A DNA stretch of 64,000 nucleotides from an uncultured Holophagales bacterium (lineage in GTDB: Bacteria > Acidobacteriota > Thermoanaerobaculia > Multivoradales > UBA5704). The stretch is from assembly GCA_963842525.1 (NCBI GenBank), contig CAWJGT010000001.1, forward strand, positions 448,001 to 512,000, written 5' to 3'. The position numbers were made by a program, and so were the translations under genes. Below, in pieces: positions 61,299-64,000 of the stretch; position 1 is the first letter of the stretch, and each line of letters begins with the position of its first letter. Below the pieces are notes generated by a model that did no database searches, was not told the DNA's origin, and was given only the letters and a program-made list of their open reading frames with translations.

Positions 61299-62675
61299 AT
61301 GCCTCCCACCCTCTCCGACCGTACCGCCGTCCGCCTGATCTGGGGCGCCTTCGCGCTCGGCCTGCTGCTGTCGGCGGTCCTGGTGGTCCGCAGCCAGGTG
61401 GCCGGTGACCAACTCAACCTGCTGGCGCGCGGCTGGCTTCTGCTGGATGAAGGGCGCTGGATCTCCTACGGCAACCCGATGTCCACCGGGGGGAAGACGC
61501 CGGGCGGCATCACCAGCCTGCTCGTCGGGCTGCCGCTCTTCGTCTGGCGGGACCACCGGGCGGCCACGCTCGTCGTCCTCGCCTTCCACGTCCTGGCCTG
61601 GCTGATCCTGGATGGGACGCTGAAGCGGCGTCTGTCTCCGCGCGGGCGGCTCCTCTTCGCCGTCGTCTACTGGCTCAACCCCTGGCGGCTGTACTTTTCG
61701 GGCTTTCTCTGGAACCCCAACTACCTCTTCCTGTTCGGCGCCCTCCACCTGTGGAGCTGCCTGGCGCAGCGCGATCGGGCGCGGTTCTGGCCCTCCTTCC
61801 TGCTCGGAGCCGGCCTGGTGCTGGCGTTCCAGATCCACGCCTCGGTCGTCCTGCTGGTGGCGGCCTCGGCCCTGCTGTGGCTGCGCGGGTATTTCAAGCC
61901 GCACTGGCTGGGCGGGATCGCCGGCGCCGCGCTCGCCGCGCTACCCCTGATCCCCTTCGTCCTCGACCTGTACGAGAACCCCGTTCTCGTCACCGAGGCG
62001 GAGAAGGGCTTCCCGGGACGCGGGCTGCTGCTGGTCTTCCCGCTCCTGCGCGGGCTGTCGTACTGGCTGCGCTATCCCTCGCTCCACCTTCCGGGAAAGG
62101 CGGTCCGCTTCGACTTTTCCGACGTGCTCGGATCAGACCCCTGGCTCGGCGTGGGCCTGACGTGGATCTCCCAGGTCCTGTTGGCGCTCACCGTCCTCGT
62201 TCCGATCGCGGCCAACGTCTGGCTGTGGCGCCGCAACCGCCATCGCCTCCGGCGGCGGTTGCCGCCGGACGCTTCCGACCGGATCTGGCTGCAAGGGTAC
62301 GTGCTCTGGTGTTTCGTAGCGGCGGTGATCGTCTATTCCCTGGCCCCCACCACGGTCATGTACTGGCAGGGGGTGCTCCTCTTCCACGCCTGCGTGCTGC
62401 CGCTGGTCTTCTGGGCCGGAGCGCTCTGGCGCACCCGTCACGCCGCCCGCGTCACCCGGGGCGTCCAGCTCTGGGCGGCCTCGGCGGTCCTGCTGACGCT
62501 CGCCCTGGCCTTCGGCGGCCCGCAGTACCGCTGCGGCGGCCGGGACGACCTCCACTTTCCCCTGTCCTCCCACTCTCCGATGTTCGACGAGCTGCACATC
62601 CAGCAGACCTGCCCCTGGCCCCTGGACCAGCCGGTGACGTGGTGGCCGGACGTGCTGCCCAGGGGCAAGGAGTAG
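61299..62675 (+). CDS. Polytopic membrane protein, possible GT-C glycosyltransferase
   Basis: GDQ loop after TM1, WLNPW, LWNPNY, QIH motifs, many TMs. Confidence 0.7.
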   Translation: MPPTLSDRTAVRLIWGAFALGLLLSAVLVVRSQVAGDQLNLLARGWLLLDEGRWISYGNPMSTGGKTPGGITSLLVGLPLFVWRDHRAATLVVLAFHVLAWLILDGTLKRRLSPRGRLLFAVVYWLNPWRLYFSGFLWNPNYLFLFGALHLWSCLAQRDRARFWPSFLLGAGLVLAFQIHASVVLLVAASALLWLRGYFKPHWLGGIAGAALAALPLIPFVLDLYENPVLVTEAEKGFPGRGLLLVFPLLRGLSYWLRYPSLHLPGKAVRFDFSDVLGSDPWLGVGLTWISQVLLALTVLVPIAANVWLWRRNRHRLRRRLPPDASDRIWLQGYVLWCFVAAVIVYSLAPTTVMYWQGVLLFHACVLPLVFWAGALWRTRHAARVTRGVQLWAASAVLLTLALAFGGPQYRCGGRDDLHFPLSSHSPMFDELHIQQTCPWPLDQPVTWWPDVLPRGKE

Positions 62676-62690
62676 CCGGACGCGAGCCGG

Positions 62691-63392
62691 TTACTTCTTC
62701 CGCGCTCCTTTCTCCCGTTCCTCGAAGTAGCCCTTGTAGAGCAGGCCGGCGAGGATGCCGCCGAGGGGGCAGCCGACCAGGTAGACCCAGATGTCCGAGA
62801 AGTTGCCGGTCATCAGGGCCGGGCCGATCGTGCGGGCGGGGTTCAGGCTCGCTCCGGTCAGCGGGCCGCCCATCAGGATGCAGAAGACCAGGGTGAAGCC
62901 GATCGCCAGGCCGCCGGGGATCGTCGCCTTGCCGCTGATCCCGGCATTCATCACCGCGTTGACCAGGAAGAAGGTCAGGATCGCCTCCACCACGAAGCCC
63001 TTGACCGGGTCCATGGCGAACGTGACGCCGCCGGCCGTGGTCACACTGCTGGCGACGGTCGTGGCGCCCAGCCCGGTCTCGGTGCCGCCGAACAGCCACC
63101 AGAGCGCGGTGGCGCCCAGGATGCCGCCTGCGATCTGGAAGACGATGTAGGAGACGGCGCGCTTGGTGTCGATCTTGCCGGCCGCCCAGACGCCGAGCGT
63201 CACCGCCGGGTTGATGTGCGTGCCCGAGATGTGGCCGTAGGAGTACGCGAAGCCGATGATGACGAGGCCGTGCGCGAAGGCCACTCCCACGAGCCCGCCG
63301 AGGCCCAGCGCCCCAGCCCCGGCGCCGATGAAGATCAGGGCGAAGGTGCCGATGAGCTCCGCTACCAGAGACGTCGAAAGCCTGTCGTACAT
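62691..63392 (-). CDS. MIP family channel (aquaporin)
   Basis: AELIGTF, SGTHINPAVT, GASLNPAR. Confidence 0.95.
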   Translation of the reverse strand: MYDRLSTSLVAELIGTFALIFIGAGAGALGLGGLVGVAFAHGLVIIGFAYSYGHISGTHINPAVTLGVWAAGKIDTKRAVSYIVFQIAGGILGATALWWLFGGTETGLGATTVASSVTTAGGVTFAMDPVKGFVVEAILTFFLVNAVMNAGISGKATIPGGLAIGFTLVFCILMGGPLTGASLNPARTIGPALMTGNFSDIWVYLVGCPLGGILAGLLYKGYFEEREKGARKK

Positions 63393-63459
63393 GCGAACCC
63401 TCCCTCTGAGAAATGAAGTCCGCGCCGGCGGGGGAACCGCTCTCCGGTCCCACCGGCGC

Positions 63460-64000
63460 TCACTGCTTGCGGATCACCACCTCGACGCGCCGGTTCCGCT
63501 GCCTGCCGGCTTCGTCGTCGTTGGACGCCACGGGACGCTTCTCCCCCCAGCCGCGGGTGGCGAGGCGGCCCGCTTCGATCGTCTCCTTGTCCACCAGCCA
63601 GCGTTTGACTGCTTCGGCCCGGCGCTCCGACAGCTTCCGGTTGTAGGCGTCGTCGCCCTTGGCGTCCGTGTGCCCGTCGAGTTGGACGTTCTCCGACGGG
63701 TAGGCGCGGATCACCGTTGCGAGCTGCGCCAGGGCCTGTGAGGCGTCCGGCCGGATCTGGGCCTTGTCGAAGTCGAAGAGGACGTCCGCGGGGAGCTCCA
63801 CCCGCACCTCGAGGTCCGTCTCCTGGGCGCCCAGTGCCCGCATCGCCTGGCGGACCTCCTGGACCGTGGCGACGATGCGGCTCCCCCCGCCGGCCACGCC
63901 CCCTTCGAGGCCCTGGATCTGCAGGACCGTGGGCCGGACGTCGAGAGCCCGCTTCGCTCCCAGGCGGGCGACCGCAGCCTCGGCCGCCGCTTCGGTCGCG
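63460..64000 (-). CDS. OmpA-family protein (5' end outside window)
   Basis: VLFDFDKA, GHTD, YN..LS.RRA.AV, GWGE..P, NRRVEV; frame is open to the window edge. Confidence 0.92.
   Translation of the reverse strand, partial: ATEAAAEAAVARLGAKRALDVRPTVLQIQGLEGGVAGGGSRIVATVQEVRQAMRALGAQETDLEVRVELPADVLFDFDKAQIRPDASQALAQLATVIRAYPSENVQLDGHTDAKGDDAYNRKLSERRAEAVKRWLVDKETIEAGRLATRGWGEKRPVASNDDEAGRQRNRRVEVVIRKQ

Overview
High-GC bacterial chromosomal window. The gene content (CHAT-TPR, TIR, NACHT-FGE proteins, CCCTCTCCC-type palindromes) suggests Acidobacteriota/Thermoanaerobaculia, which is inference only. Housekeeping genes (dinB, xth, metH with a SAM-clan riboswitch, metF, recQ, apaG, speA, add, hns-like, aquaporin, a probable 6S RNA) are interspersed with toxin-antitoxin modules, several decayed, and a ~200-nt palindromic repeat family. 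Two systems stand out. (1) At 35.7-39.8 kb, a TIR-NACHT-TIR-FGE/C-type-lectin gene and a convergent decayed paralog share a 120-nt 3' block. The two copies differ almost only at codon positions 1-2 (mostly of NNC/NNT codons) and each is followed by the same GC hairpin. This is the signature of diversity-generating-retroelement (DGR) variable regions, and no template or reverse transcriptase is present in the window. (2) At 24-34.5 kb, a RiPP-like locus: an unannotated 61-aa YxxP-leader, two-Cys precursor lies behind a large C25 (gingipain-type) protease. It faces a radical SAM/SPASM - PqqD/RRE - HprK-like kinase - S24/S26 peptidase (Ser->Cys) operon, flanked by glycosylation genes. Several single-base frameshifts may be sequencing errors. 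All product calls come from motif recognition; no database searches were run.
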